Shown here: in pieces, positions 52,731 to 64,000 of the stretch
Layout: each line of letters begins with the position of its first letter
Numbering within the stretch: position 1 is the stretch's first letter
NCBI RefSeq assembly: GCF_036365525.1
Contig: NC_090404.1
Span: 32,106,236-32,170,235 of the forward strand
Origin: Heterodontus francisci
Taxonomy: Eukaryota
DNA: 64,000 bases
Reading direction: 5' to 3'
Position numbers and translations under genes: made by a program
Notes under the pieces: model-generated
The model's input: the letters and a program-made list of their open reading frames with translations, nothing else
Database searches by the model: none
Told to the model about the DNA's origin: nothing

Positions 52731-53279
52731 CTGTATTAGAGACAGAGGGAGACAAAATGAAAGAGGGACGGTGTATGTGTGTGAGTGAACGAAAACAGGA
52801 AGATTGCTCTTGGAACTCACAACAAGATCAACCTTTTACAAAATTTTGTGTGAAATTCACAGCTTTGACACCAGATCCTGAAAGAAAGAATATTGTTTAG
52901 CCTCCAGGCACTTGTTTCTGTGTTTAAAATAATCTGACTTAAAAATAAGACAGGTTAATAACATCGGAATGTAAAATAATACAATAAAACAGAATGGACG
53001 ACAAGAAAGCATTGTAAACCCATGGAAACCAATATGGAAACATCAAACAGACAATAAAAATAGCATCAATAACATATTTTAGACGCTATTTAAGAGGATA
53101 AACAATAGAATAACTGACAATTAAAGTAGAAACTAACATAAAATTAGGGTAAACTTGTATTTGAAACGGATTATATGTTGCTGAGGATCGAAAAGACCCT
53201 CATCCAACGAATTACTGTAAAAATGATTCATTGTTGCAAAATTCGACACAGAGAGTAGTGAACGGACAGTTAGTGTTTT

Positions 53280-53520
53280 CTGACTTTGCAGAGGGGATGT
53301 TGTTGAAGATGCAGTGATAACTTTAAATGCTTCTTCCATTAATTGCCCGGGATCTTTGGTATTGAACAGTATCAGCGGAAGTGGCAGATTTTGAGGTCTC
53401 ATTTGAGGAAATGTCCTACCTACAATGCAGCACTTCCTCAGTACTGTGCCGTCCTATGCGCATAGATAATCAGCTTAGCCCTGTAGTGGTTATTGAAATT
53501 AAAACATTTTCACACAGATG
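53280..53520 (-). mobile_element. DeuSINE-like remnant in the GPCR intron (paralog at ~21720-21930)
   Basis: Minus strand gtactgaggaagtgctgcattgt..gagacc resembles the Deu domain. Confidence 0.5.
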
Positions 53521-53934
53521 CAAGACATGCCAAAAAGTATACAAAATATGCAAAAAAGATTGAAGTTGAGAACAGTCCGGGACGTTATCAGGGGCTTGGA
53601 GCAGAAGGGACATTCAGAGTCAGTAGTGGTCACTGCAGAATAGTCAGCAGCAGCTAATGTGGAAGAGGAGAGCCGGGCTGAAGCAGTGCGAGTTGGAGAC
53701 TGAAAGTAGAAACACTGTGCTCTGTGTGTTTATGATAATTGCAGATTCAGTCATAAAACGGCCACTTGCTACATTGTTTTATATTGCTGTTAATACCTTG
53801 ATTGCTAGTAAATTCGTCAGGAATTACTTTATTGTTGAATCATTTCAATCAGCAAACCATTTGTGAAAATCAGATAGCCGCTCTCAATTTATTTGTACAG
53901 TAGACCTCTGTGTACACTTCGGTGACATTGATAA

Positions 53935-54440
53935 TTTATGCACAGTAACAGTCTCAATAGCACAATAGAACTCCATTTATAACGTGCTAAGAGTTGGATA
54001 ATTCATCCAGAGTAACGGTATCAATAACACTATAGATCTACATGCACGCCATGATAACAATGCGTGATAATATAACCACAATAAGTAGTTCAAAAAAGGA
54101 ATATAACTAATTTACACCGTAACAACAGTCTGATAATCTACCCACAGTAACACAGTCAATATAAATAAAACTGCATGTACACCATGATAAATGCGATAAT
54201 CTGCCTAGAATGGCAATAGAACTACATTTGCATCATGAAAACAGTGTGATAAGTTACCCACAGTAAGATGGTCATTAACACAATATGACTACATGTGCAC
54301 CATTACAACAGTGCGATGGTTCACCCACAGTAACAATGTCAAGAACAGAATAGAACTACATTTACACCATGATAACAGTGTGATAATTCTCCCACAGTAA
54401 CAATGTCAATAACACAGTATAACTGCATTTTTACCGTGAA
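53935..54440. repeat. 67-bp intronic minisatellite of gene C
   Basis: cccacagtaacaatgtc at 54324 and 54391 (period 67); reverse complement of the gene B array. Confidence 0.85.
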
Positions 54441-54931
54441 ACAGCACATGCAAAGGGACAAACTTATACAGTTGGAAGCGCTAAATTACATTTACAAACA
54501 GGAGAAATTGCACCAGTTAATAGGAAAATGATTCCACTGAAGAGGATAAATAGTGCTACCGAAGTAGAAGGTGTTGCTACAAAGCTGCAGAAATTACACT
54601 GTAATGTAAAGCAATGATATCAATAATGGAGAGAAATGGCACTTCTAAAAGGGAGAAATTAGAACATTAATGATGACAATTTATATCAGTAAATGAAATA
54701 CATTATATCAATAAAGTGGAGAAATAATACGGTTAAAGTGAAAAATGATACTGTGAAAGGTGAGAAATTAGAAAAATTGGAAGGAAGAAATTTTCCCATT
54801 AAAGTGAAGAAATTATCTTACTCAAGGGGAGAAAAGTTAGCCAAAACATGGAGACGCGATATTGGTAAATGAGAGCAGTGCCACAGCTAATCAATGATTT
54901 CCATAACTAATATCTGAGTAAACTCATTTAC

Positions 54932-55001
54932 CTGGAACCCCAATAGCTGCAAGGATGGGATAGTAAATGCCAAACACCAGTCCTTTGGCGGTTGCATGCA
55001 T
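54932..55001 (-). CDS. GPR139-like class A GPCR gene C, exon 1
   Basis: MHATAKGLVFGIYYPILAAIGVP+G, donor CCAG|gtaaat; 70 nt, phase 1, in frame with exon 2. Confidence 0.9.
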
Positions 55002-55051
55002 TTCTACCAGAAGCTCTGAACACACTCTGAACTCTACTCAAAGATTGTTAC

Positions 55052-55155
55052 ATTTATACATGATGTCAGGCTCCATGGGATATAATTAGATGGTTTGATG
55101 CTTTACATTAATTGCACTAATTGAAACAAACAGATTAATGCAGCTGCTGCCAGGC
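55052..55155 (-). promoter_or_regulatory. Conserved GPCR promoter of gene C: TAATTA + TCCCATGGAG + TATAAAT
   Basis: Minus strand reads atctaattatatcccatggagcctgacatcatgTATAAAT; additional TAATTG sites upstream. Confidence 0.7.
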
Positions 55156-55489
55156 TCGTGTTTCTGTTTTGATGAAATGGGATGTCGTTCAAGGAATTTG
55201 ACATGGCTCTAATATGAAATACCCAGCGAGTACAAAATGATCCTAGTTGCAGTTAGTATAACAAAAAGTTTAATAAGCGGTTGCAACGGTGAAAGTGAAC
55301 ATTGTATATAAGAAATCCCTGGGTATAAAGCTTTAATGCTGAGTTAATTGCTCTCAGCATAGGGTATAACGTAGTAGATATATTCCGATCCTGAAGGAAC
55401 CTGCATGCATGTCCTCACTCCTGATCACTATTCAGCACCAGTCCGTGTGATCTTGGGTCATATGCACGTGACTCCAAATCCCTCTCGAC

Positions 55490-56370
55490 GGTACATCCAC
55501 TTCAACGCAGCTATTATATTTAGTGTCGACGACTCGAGGTCAACTTTTAGTTTTAGTGTGCATAGGTGCAAGTGTGCACGTTTATTTTTTAGCAGAAATG
55601 TCCAGTTCAGCACAGTTGCCTTCAGTATTGATGGGCAAGTTCTGTACCGTTATATTCAGTGGAGACATGTCCACCTTAGCACATTTATATTTAGTGTGGA
55701 CTGGGTGGAGCTCGGCACAGTTCTATGCAGGCCAGGTTCAGACCGCTCACGATCTGCGTTCACAGGTTTAGTTAGCACAGTTACCTTCAGGGTACAGAGG
55801 TTTAGTTCAGCAGTTGCTCTCAGTGTTAACAGATACAGCTTCGTTACATTCCACGTGCACAGATCCACGTGTGCACGCTAACTCCCAGTGTTGAAAAGTC
55901 CAATTCACCACGGTTGCATTCTGTGTTAGCTGGTCAAGTTCAGTAGAGACCAATTCAATTAGCACGGTGATATTTAGTGCATGCCAGTCGAGAACTGCAT
56001 GATGATATTCAGAGTCCAAAGTTTCACTTCAGCACACACGCTTTCAGAGTGGCCAGATCCAGTTCTGTACTGTTACTTTGAGTGAGGGCAGCTTCAATTT
56101 TGCACGGTTCCATTGAATGTGAGCAGGCCAAATTCAGCATGGTTACTGCCAATATGATCTTGCCCAGGTCAGCGTGCTTATATCTAGTTATGGCCAGTTG
56201 AACGCAGTTACTTCCAGTGTGCAAAAGTCCAGTACTGCACAGTTATTTTCTGTGTAACATTTATTTTAAAAACATTCTTTTTCTCACCGTTACTTTCAGT
56301 GTGGCCATTTTCAGTTCAGCAGATCTACATTTAGTGTGCAGAGATCCAGTCAAGTGAGCGTGCATCCAGT
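55490..56370. repeat. Degenerate ~30-35 bp satellite upstream of gene C
   Basis: Recurring gttcagcacagtt..ttcagtgtgg; inverted homolog of 17585-18480. Confidence 0.75.
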
Positions 56371-58288
56371 GTGCCCAGAATATTGGGAGTCGGGAGGTGA
56401 GTTGCTGGCCGCACAATTCCTAGCTTCTGACCAGCCCTTTTAGCCTCAGTATTTATATGGCTGGTGTAGATAAGTTTCGACCGTTAAATATCAACGTTTG
56501 TTACAATATCCTTTTATTTCTCAATGTGCATAGCTGGCAAGGCAGACATTTGTTGCCCATCCTTTGATTAATACCATATCCTACTAGGAGGTCTATAAAC
56601 TGCTCTTACATGTCTTGGCTTCACCATGCCATTTCATATCTCTGCATACACTGATTGTTATGTCCCACTCTTTTGAGCCAAGATCCTTCCTTACTATATC
56701 CTTATGTGATCCTTTATTATCAGGGCTACCGTACCTCATTTTTTTTTATTTTGTCTGTCTTTGTGAAATATCAAGTAACATGGAATATTTATTTGCTAAC
56801 CTTGGTCACCATGCAACTACGTCTCAATAATGCTGATAAATCAAACCATTTATCAATAGTTATGTCACTATCTTAATACAAATCCTCTGGGCATTCGGCC
56901 AAAGAGGTTTTAATTTTAACTTTCTGCCATTTTCTCCTTTATTTTCCTTATTTGTTGATACCGTATGACCATTAAATTCTCTATCTCTTTCTGTCACATT
57001 CTGCTTAACTTTACCCAAAATTGCTACATTGCTCTGAGTCCTTGGGTTTTCTCCTTACATTTATAAATTCCACATCACCTTAAGCCTCCCTTTTTTATAT
57101 ATATCTTAAAGCCCTCCAGCCCTACTTATTGGATTCACCTGGACATTTCTCCCAGTCCGATTTAATCGGACCTCATCCCAAAGGAATAGCTCCCTCTTTT
57201 TCCAGTACTGAAGCCAGTGATCTATGAAATTAAATACCAGCCTCCCATGCCACTGTTTGAGACACGCATTCAACTCATAGCATTGATTCGGTATTGCTCT
57301 ATCACTCATAAATTCTGTCCTTTTCACCAAACTGGTGGGCAGAGTAAAGCTACATTGAACAGCTATTCCTCTATTACTTGGTCACTGTCTTGTTCACCCA
57401 ACAATGGATCATGTAAAATAATTTCTGCAGCTATTCTTCTATTTGCAAAAAATTATTTTCGTCCACTAAACACCTGGGGCAGGGTAAAGCTACATTGATC
57501 AGTCAATCCCTATTACCTGTACATTTTATCTCATGGACCAAACAGCTGGTTAAAATACTCCCTCAGCTAATCTTCTCTTATCCATTCATTCTATCACATT
57601 CACGAAACACATGTGGCAGGGTAAAATTACTTTGATCAGTTCATTTTCTATTACCCGTCCACTCTACCCAATTGATCAGTCATCTGTGGTAGGGTGACGA
57701 TACACTGAGCAGCTGGTTCTCTATTACCCTTGTATTCTGTTCCCTTTTCAAATACCCGGGACAGGGTAATGATACTTTGATTAGCTAATCTTCTATTACC
57801 CGAATATTCACATATATGTTTGAAGTGCATGTGTTTAAAAGTACAAAGTGTGGTTCGGATGTATGGCAAGCTGCATGCATAAATAGTCAAGTGGGAATAT
57901 TATGTTCTCACGATGTATGAGCCCAAATTGGAGAATTGATTGTATATTAATATTCATGAATGCAAGGCATTCAGTAAACAACGGGCACTAAAAAAGGAGG
58001 GAGCAGTTTTGCTTACAAAAACAAATGTTGCAGTCCGACAAAGTCTGTCGTTTAGGGATCAATGACAGAATCCATTTTGTTGGAATTGAGAAAAAAATGG
58101 AGTTATTCCGCTACTTGGTGCATGTTATGGGTCAGAAAACAATGTGAAGTACGTAGAGGAGCAGAATTGCAGCGAAATGAAAGCGAAAGATAGGAGATAT
58201 GGAGGCGTGATAATGGAAGATTTTAATAACAGTAATAGTGACTGGGACAGTGATTGTGTTAAGCATAGAGATGAAGAAAATTTCAGAA

Positions 58289-61200
58289 GGGGAGGAAGGT
58301 GTTGGTGCAATGGCATTGTCACTGTAGTAGTAACCCAGCGACCCAGAGTATTGTTCTGGGAGCATGGTTTGAATCCCACTATGGTAGAAGGTGTAATGTG
58401 AATTAAATTGATAAATATAGGATTTTTTTTAAAGAATTACGGCTCTGGATCTATTGTCAATTGCTGTACAAAGCCATCTGATTCACTCATGTCCTCTAGG
58501 GAAGTAAGGCTGTCCTTAACTTGTCTGGCCTAAAAGTGAGTCCAGATCCATAGCAATGTGACTGACTCTTAAAATGCCCTCTGAAATGGCCGAGCAAACC
58601 ACTCAGTTGTTTCTATCTGCTGCGAAGTCAATAAAGATTTAAACCATATCGATCGATCTCGCCACCAGAAGTGACAATGGCAAACCTAACCCTGCAAAGT
58701 CATCCTTGCGTGCATCTTGGGGTTTGTGCCAAAATTGGGAGATCTGTCCCACTGACGAGTCAGGCAATAGCCTGACATCGTCATACTCACCGAACCATAC
58801 CTGACAGGCAATGTCCCAGACACTGCTGTCACCATCCCCAGGTATGTCCTGTTCCACTGGCTGGACCGATGAGGCACAGTGGTACAAAGTCGAGAAAGAG
58901 TTGCGCCGGGAGTCCTCAACATCTACCCCAGACCCCATGGAGTCTCATGGCATCAGGTTTGTCTGTTGTTCGGAGAAAGGTTAACCTTTTGATTGTGCAT
59001 TTTCAATCAAAAGGTTAACCTTTCTCCGAACAACAGACAAATCTATAATTCTTTAAAGAAATCTACATAAAAAAAACTGATCTATGTAACAGACAATGAA
59101 ATCTCCTGCTGATTACCACCTACCTCCATCTCAGCCAATGAACCATTACTCCTCCATGTTGAATACTACTTGGAGGAATCACTGAGGGTGACAAGGGTGT
59201 AGAATGTACTCAGGGTGGGGGACTTCAATGTCCATCACCAAGAGTGGCTCGGTAGCACCACTATTGGCCGAGTTAGACGAGTCCTAAAGGACATAGCTGC
59301 TAGACTGAATCTGCAGTAGGTGGAGAGGAACAAAGAGGGGAAAATATACTTGACCTCGACCTCACCAATCTGGCTGCCACAGGTGCATCTGTCCATGACA
59401 ATGTTGGTAGGAGTGACCACCGCACAGTCCTTGTAGAGATGAATTCCCGTCTTCACGTTGAGGATACCCTCAATTACATCGTGTGGCACAACCACCATGC
59501 TAAGTGTGATAAATTTCGAACAGATCTAGCAATGCAAAACTAGGCATCCAGGAGGCGCTGTGGGCTGCCAGCAGCAGTAGAATTGTATTCAACCCCAATC
59601 TGCAACTTCATGGTCCGGCATATCCGCCACTCTACCATTACTGGGGGAACCAACCCTGGTTCAATGATAAGAGCAGAAAGGCATTACAGGAGCGGAGCAG
59701 ATATAGCTCATAATGAGGTGCCATCCTGGTTAAGCTGCAGCCAAGGACTACTTGCGTGGCCAACAATGTAAGCAGCAAGTGATAGGCAGAGTTAAACGAT
59801 CCCATTACCAAACGATCAGATCTAAGCTCTGCAGTCCTGCCCCATCCAGTCGTGAATGATGGTGGACAGTTAAGCAACTAACTGGAAGAGGTGGCTTCAC
59901 AAATATCCCCATCCTCATTTATGGTGGTGTTGGGTGACGGGTGGTGGGGCAGAACATCAGTGCAAAAAATAAAGCTAAAGCATTTGAAAAAATCTTCAGT
60001 CAGAAATGTCGAGTAGATGATCCATCTCGGTCTTCTCCTGGAGCCCATAGCATCACAGATGCCAGTCTTCAGCCAATTCGATTCACTCCACATATCAAGA
60101 AACGACAGAAGGCATTGGATTCTGCAAAGGCTACGGGCCCTGACAACATTCTGGAAATAGTACTGAAGACCTGTGATGCAGAATTTGCTGCGACTCATGC
60201 CAAGCTATTCCAGTACAACTATAACACTGGCATTTACCCGGCAATGTGGAAACCTGTCCAGGTATGTCCTGTACACAAAAAGCAGGACAGGTCCAACCCT
60301 ATCAATTACCACCCCATCAGTCTATTCTCACTCAGCAGTTAAGTGAAGGAAGGTGTCGTTGACAGTGCTATCAAGCGACACTTGCTTAGCAATAATCTGC
60401 TCAATGATGCTTATTTTGGATTCGGCCAAGGCCACTGAGCACCTAACCTCATTATAGACTTGGTTCAAACATGCATAAAAGAGCTGAACTCCAGAGGTGA
60501 TGTGAGAGCGAATGCCCTTGACATCAAGACAGCATTTGTCAGAGGATTGCATCAAGACGCCCTAGCAAAACTGGAGGCAATGAGAATCAAGGGAAACTCC
60601 CTGCTGGTTGGAATTGTACTTAGCACAAAGGTTGATGGTTGTGGTTGTGGTTGTTGGAGGTCAATCGTTTCAGCTTCAGGTCATCATTGCAGACGTTCAT
60701 CTAGGTAGTAACCTAGGCCCAGCCATCTTCAGCTGTTTCATCAATGACCTTCCTTCAATCATAAGGTCAGAAGTGGGGATATTTGCTGATGATTGCACAA
60801 TATTCAGCACCATTAGCGACTCTCGGATACTGAAGCACTCCGTGTAGAAACGCAGAAAGACTTGGACAATGTCCAGGCTTGGAATGAAAAGTGGCAAGTA
60901 ACATTCACGCCACACAAGTGCCAGGCAATGACCATCTCCAACAACAGAAAATCTAACCGTCACCCCTTGACATTCAATGACATTACGATCACTGAATCCC
61001 CCACTTTCAAAATTCTAGGGGTTACCATTGACCAGAAACTTCATTGGAGTCGCCATATATATATACTGCAGCTGCAAGAGCAGGTCAGGGGCTATGAATC
61101 CTGTGGCGAGGAACTCACCTCCTAACTCCGCAAATTCTGTCCACCATCTACAAGGCACTAGTCATGAATTTGATGGAATAATTTCGATGGGCCTGGCTGG

Positions 61201-61678
61201 GTGCAGCTCTAACAACACTCAAGAGCTCGACACCATCCAGGACAAAGCAGGCCACTTGTTTGGCAACCCATCCACAAACATTCACTCCCTTCACTACCGA
61301 TGCACAGTGGCAGCAGTGTGTACCATCGACAAGATGTATTGCAGCAACACACCAAGGCTCCTGAGACAGCGCCTTACAAACCCGTGACCTCTACCACCTA
61401 GAAGGGCAAAAGCAGCAGATGCATGGGAACTTCACCACCTGCAAATTCCCCTCCAAACCGCGCACCATCCTGACTTGGAACTCTATCGTCGTTCTTTCAT
61501 TGTCGCTGGGTCATAATCCTGGAACGCCCTTCCTAACACAGCACTGTGGGTGTATATACCCTACATGGGCTGCAGCGGTTCAAGAGGCAGCTCACAACTA
61601 TCTTCTCAAGGGCAATTCGGGATGGGCAATAGATGCTGGCCTAGTCAGCGACTCCCACATCCCATAAACGAATAAAAT
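58289..61678 (+). mobile_element. Second full-length copy of the 3.3-kb tRNA-headed jockey/CR1-group LINE (more decayed)
   Basis: Starts at the same GGGGAGG as the 48638 copy; FSQKCRVDD, ALDIKTAF, GIFADDC; ends aataaaat. Confidence 0.9.
58958..59041. repeat. Perfect 38-bp inverted repeat with 8-nt loop
   Basis: tttgtctgttgttcggagaaaggttaaccttttgattg (58958-58995), loop tgcatttt, exact reverse complement at 59004-59041. Confidence 0.95.
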
Positions 61679-62759
61679 AGTGCGTTCAAATCAATTTATT
61701 TGATGAATACTTTTGCTGCCCAACGAGAAAGGAGGTATTGTTGGATTTCGTGCAAGATTGTCACTGTTGAGGAGCAGCTCAGGAATAATGAGCATAGTAT
61801 TTTCATGTTTAGGTTATTTATGAGGAAGAACAAGGAACATTCTAGAATTAAGAAAGAGTACTGAGTAGAAGGTGGACGAATGTAAGCAAATTGAGGAGAA
61901 ATTTGGCCGGGTAAATAAGGTGTCCAAGACTGGCAACCAGACATTTGTTGAAGAAATGGACAACATTAAAGAGGAGGTGGTTCGGGCCCAGGTTAGGTTA
62001 TTTTCCCAATGGCGAAAGGGAGGAAAACCAAAGCCAGAGCTCCATGGATGACGAAGTTGTTACAAAGTAGTTTGGGAGAGATAAAGGGAGTGTATAACGG
62101 ATTTCAGCTTGACAATACAATGGGGAATCAGGCATAATAGAAAAAGTACAGAGAAGAGTTGATAAATTCGTAATATGTGCAAAGACACAGTAAGAAAATT
62201 TAAAAAAAGAGCGGTCATCAGAGGAATGGTATGGCTGCTTCGGCACCAAAGCGAACATGTATTGGTCGAGGTAGAAGGCATACCTGTGGCACTAAATGAG
62301 AACTTTTTCGTCGGTGCTTAACAAGGAAGAGGATAGTAGAAAATTTATGGCCAAATGAGGTGGTTGATGGGATACATATAAATATGATGTAATTAAAATT
62401 CAAGCTGTACTTAAAGACGTTTACTCATTTGGTGCAGATGAGACGAATTCTAGGATGCTATGTGAAGTTCGGAGAGAAATTATGAAGCTGCTGGCCATAC
62501 ATTTCCATTCTTCCTTAGAAACAGGAGTAGTGCCAAATGACTGAAGGATTGAAAATGTCACATCCTTGTGCAGAAAAGGGAATAAGACTACGCTTTCAAT
62601 TACAGGCCAGTCAGTTTAACATCGGTGGTGTGGAAGGACGAATAAGAAATAATCCAGGAGAAAACTGATCACCACCTGGACAGGCATACCCTGATCGAGT
62701 AGAGTCAGCCGACATTTATGAAGATCAAGTCGTCTTTGATTAACCTGATAGAAATATAG

Positions 62760-63510
62760 AATAAGAAATAAACGCTGGAGTAGGCCATTTGACCTTTTGC
62801 ACCTACTCTGCCATTCAATAAGATCATGATTTAACTTCGACTGCAACTCAACTTTCTCGCACTATCCCCATATCCCTTAATTCCCTTAGTAGACAAAAAA
62901 CTATCGACCTCCCTTGTGAATACAGTCAAAGACTGAGCATCCACAGCTTGTTGAGAATTCCGAATATCACAACCCTTTGAGTGAATAAATGTCTGTTTAT
63001 CTCAGTCCTAAATGGTCGACCCCTTATTCTGAGACTTTGACCCTCTGTTGTAGGTTCCTCAGCCAGGAGAAACATCTTCTCAGCATCTACCTTGTCAAAG
63101 TCTTCAAGAATTTTACAAGTTTCAATTAGATCACCTCTCATTCTATAAACTCGTACATAAACCTAGTCAACTTAATCTTTCTTCATAGGACAATAAACTC
63201 ATCCCAGGACCCAGTCTAGTAAACCTTCGTTGCATTCCCTCCAGGGCAAGTATGTCATTCCTTGGGTCCAGTGACAAAGGCTACAGACAGTACTCCAGGT
63301 ATGACTTCACCAGTGACCTGCATAATTGCACTAAGACGTTTTAACTGTCATACGCCAATCACTTTCTAACAAAAGTGAACGTATTATTTTCCTTACGAAT
63401 TGCTTGCTTTTCCTAAATGTCAACCTTGAACCCTCTGAATGTAAACGTGTAACTATCTCTTAAGGTACATTTTTTTTTGTTTTCCTCCAAATTGGACAGT
63501 TCATATTTGT
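62760..63510 (-). mobile_element. CR1 3' fragment
   Basis: MRGDLIETCKIL..RGRPFRTE..FTQRVV. Confidence 0.8.
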
Positions 63511-64000
63511 AAAGTTATACTTATCCTAAGGGCTGTGACTGCCTTCTGGAATGAAACGTCCAGACAACTTTATTCCTCCCAAATGCCCTCAAATATCTGC
63601 AGCTCGGATCATGGATAGGCACTGACATGTCGCACCACGGAAATGTGAAGAAAGAAAAATGACTCAGCCATGGAAATGTGCAATTAAGCTGTATATAAAG
63701 TGCATAGCCAATCTAATGTCATCAAAACACCGTCCAATTTAAAACACATTTCTCCCTATAAAGTCGCGAAGCATATAAACGTCACAGGAGAGCAGCACAA
63801 CTGCATTATCTTGTTAGCAAGCAGGCTGTCTGTCATCAAACTAGATAATAAATCATGCATATTGCAGCTACTGATCTTTCACATACTTGTAAAACTTGTC
63901 CTTGAATCCAATTCGCAGAAAAAAAGCAATGTTGCGGTCTGGTGAGGAGGGGTTGAAGGGCTTCCCTCTCTTTGTTTGACCACAACAGTTTAAATTATTT

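Larger units (their letters stand above)
57810..62750 (+). mobile_element. Old CR1 split by a nested LINE (host parts 57810-58288 and 61679-62750)
   Basis: IMEDFN..DWDSDCVK..ENFR on the left continues as CVQ...PTRKE.LLD-like sequence on the right; later NYRPVSLTSVV-like motif. Confidence 0.75.

Noticed and set aside
59041-59070. Superficial likeness of the AT-rich insert to a Cas12a repeat or a protelomerase site
   Set aside because: Only a few nucleotides resemble these, there is a single copy, and no associated genes are present

Overview
Eukaryotic, repeat-rich DNA, almost certainly from a cartilaginous fish (shark), judged from V-SINE/HE1-type SINEs, abundant CR1 LINEs and Penelope termini. 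The window holds a cluster of two-exon, GPR139/GPR142-like class A GPCRs. Two genes are intact and convergent: B (+, 18946-19015 + 22467-23374, 325 aa) and C (-, 55001-54932 + 52730-51799, 333 aa). Exon 1 of a third gene (A, -) is at 417-486, and there is an exon-2 pseudogene (5248-5900) and an orphan upstream module without a gene (8540-10080). B and C lie in an ~8 kb inverted segmental duplication. All three first exons share a promoter with a homeodomain TAATTA site next to an O/E(EBF)-like TCCC(A)TGGAG site and a TATA box, and a decayed olfactory receptor gene lies between B and C. Together these suggest (inference) an expanded GPR139-like chemosensory receptor family. Other points of note: a perfect 38-bp-arm hairpin inserted in an old LINE, full-length ~3.3 kb LINEs with a tRNA-like Pol III head, Penelope-type hammerhead ribozyme motifs, a young RTE with TSD, a solo LTR, an hAT remnant, C2H2 zinc-finger and tRNA-Glu pseudogenes, and several minisatellites. 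Transposon boundaries are approximate and family calls come from remembered motifs, not database searches.
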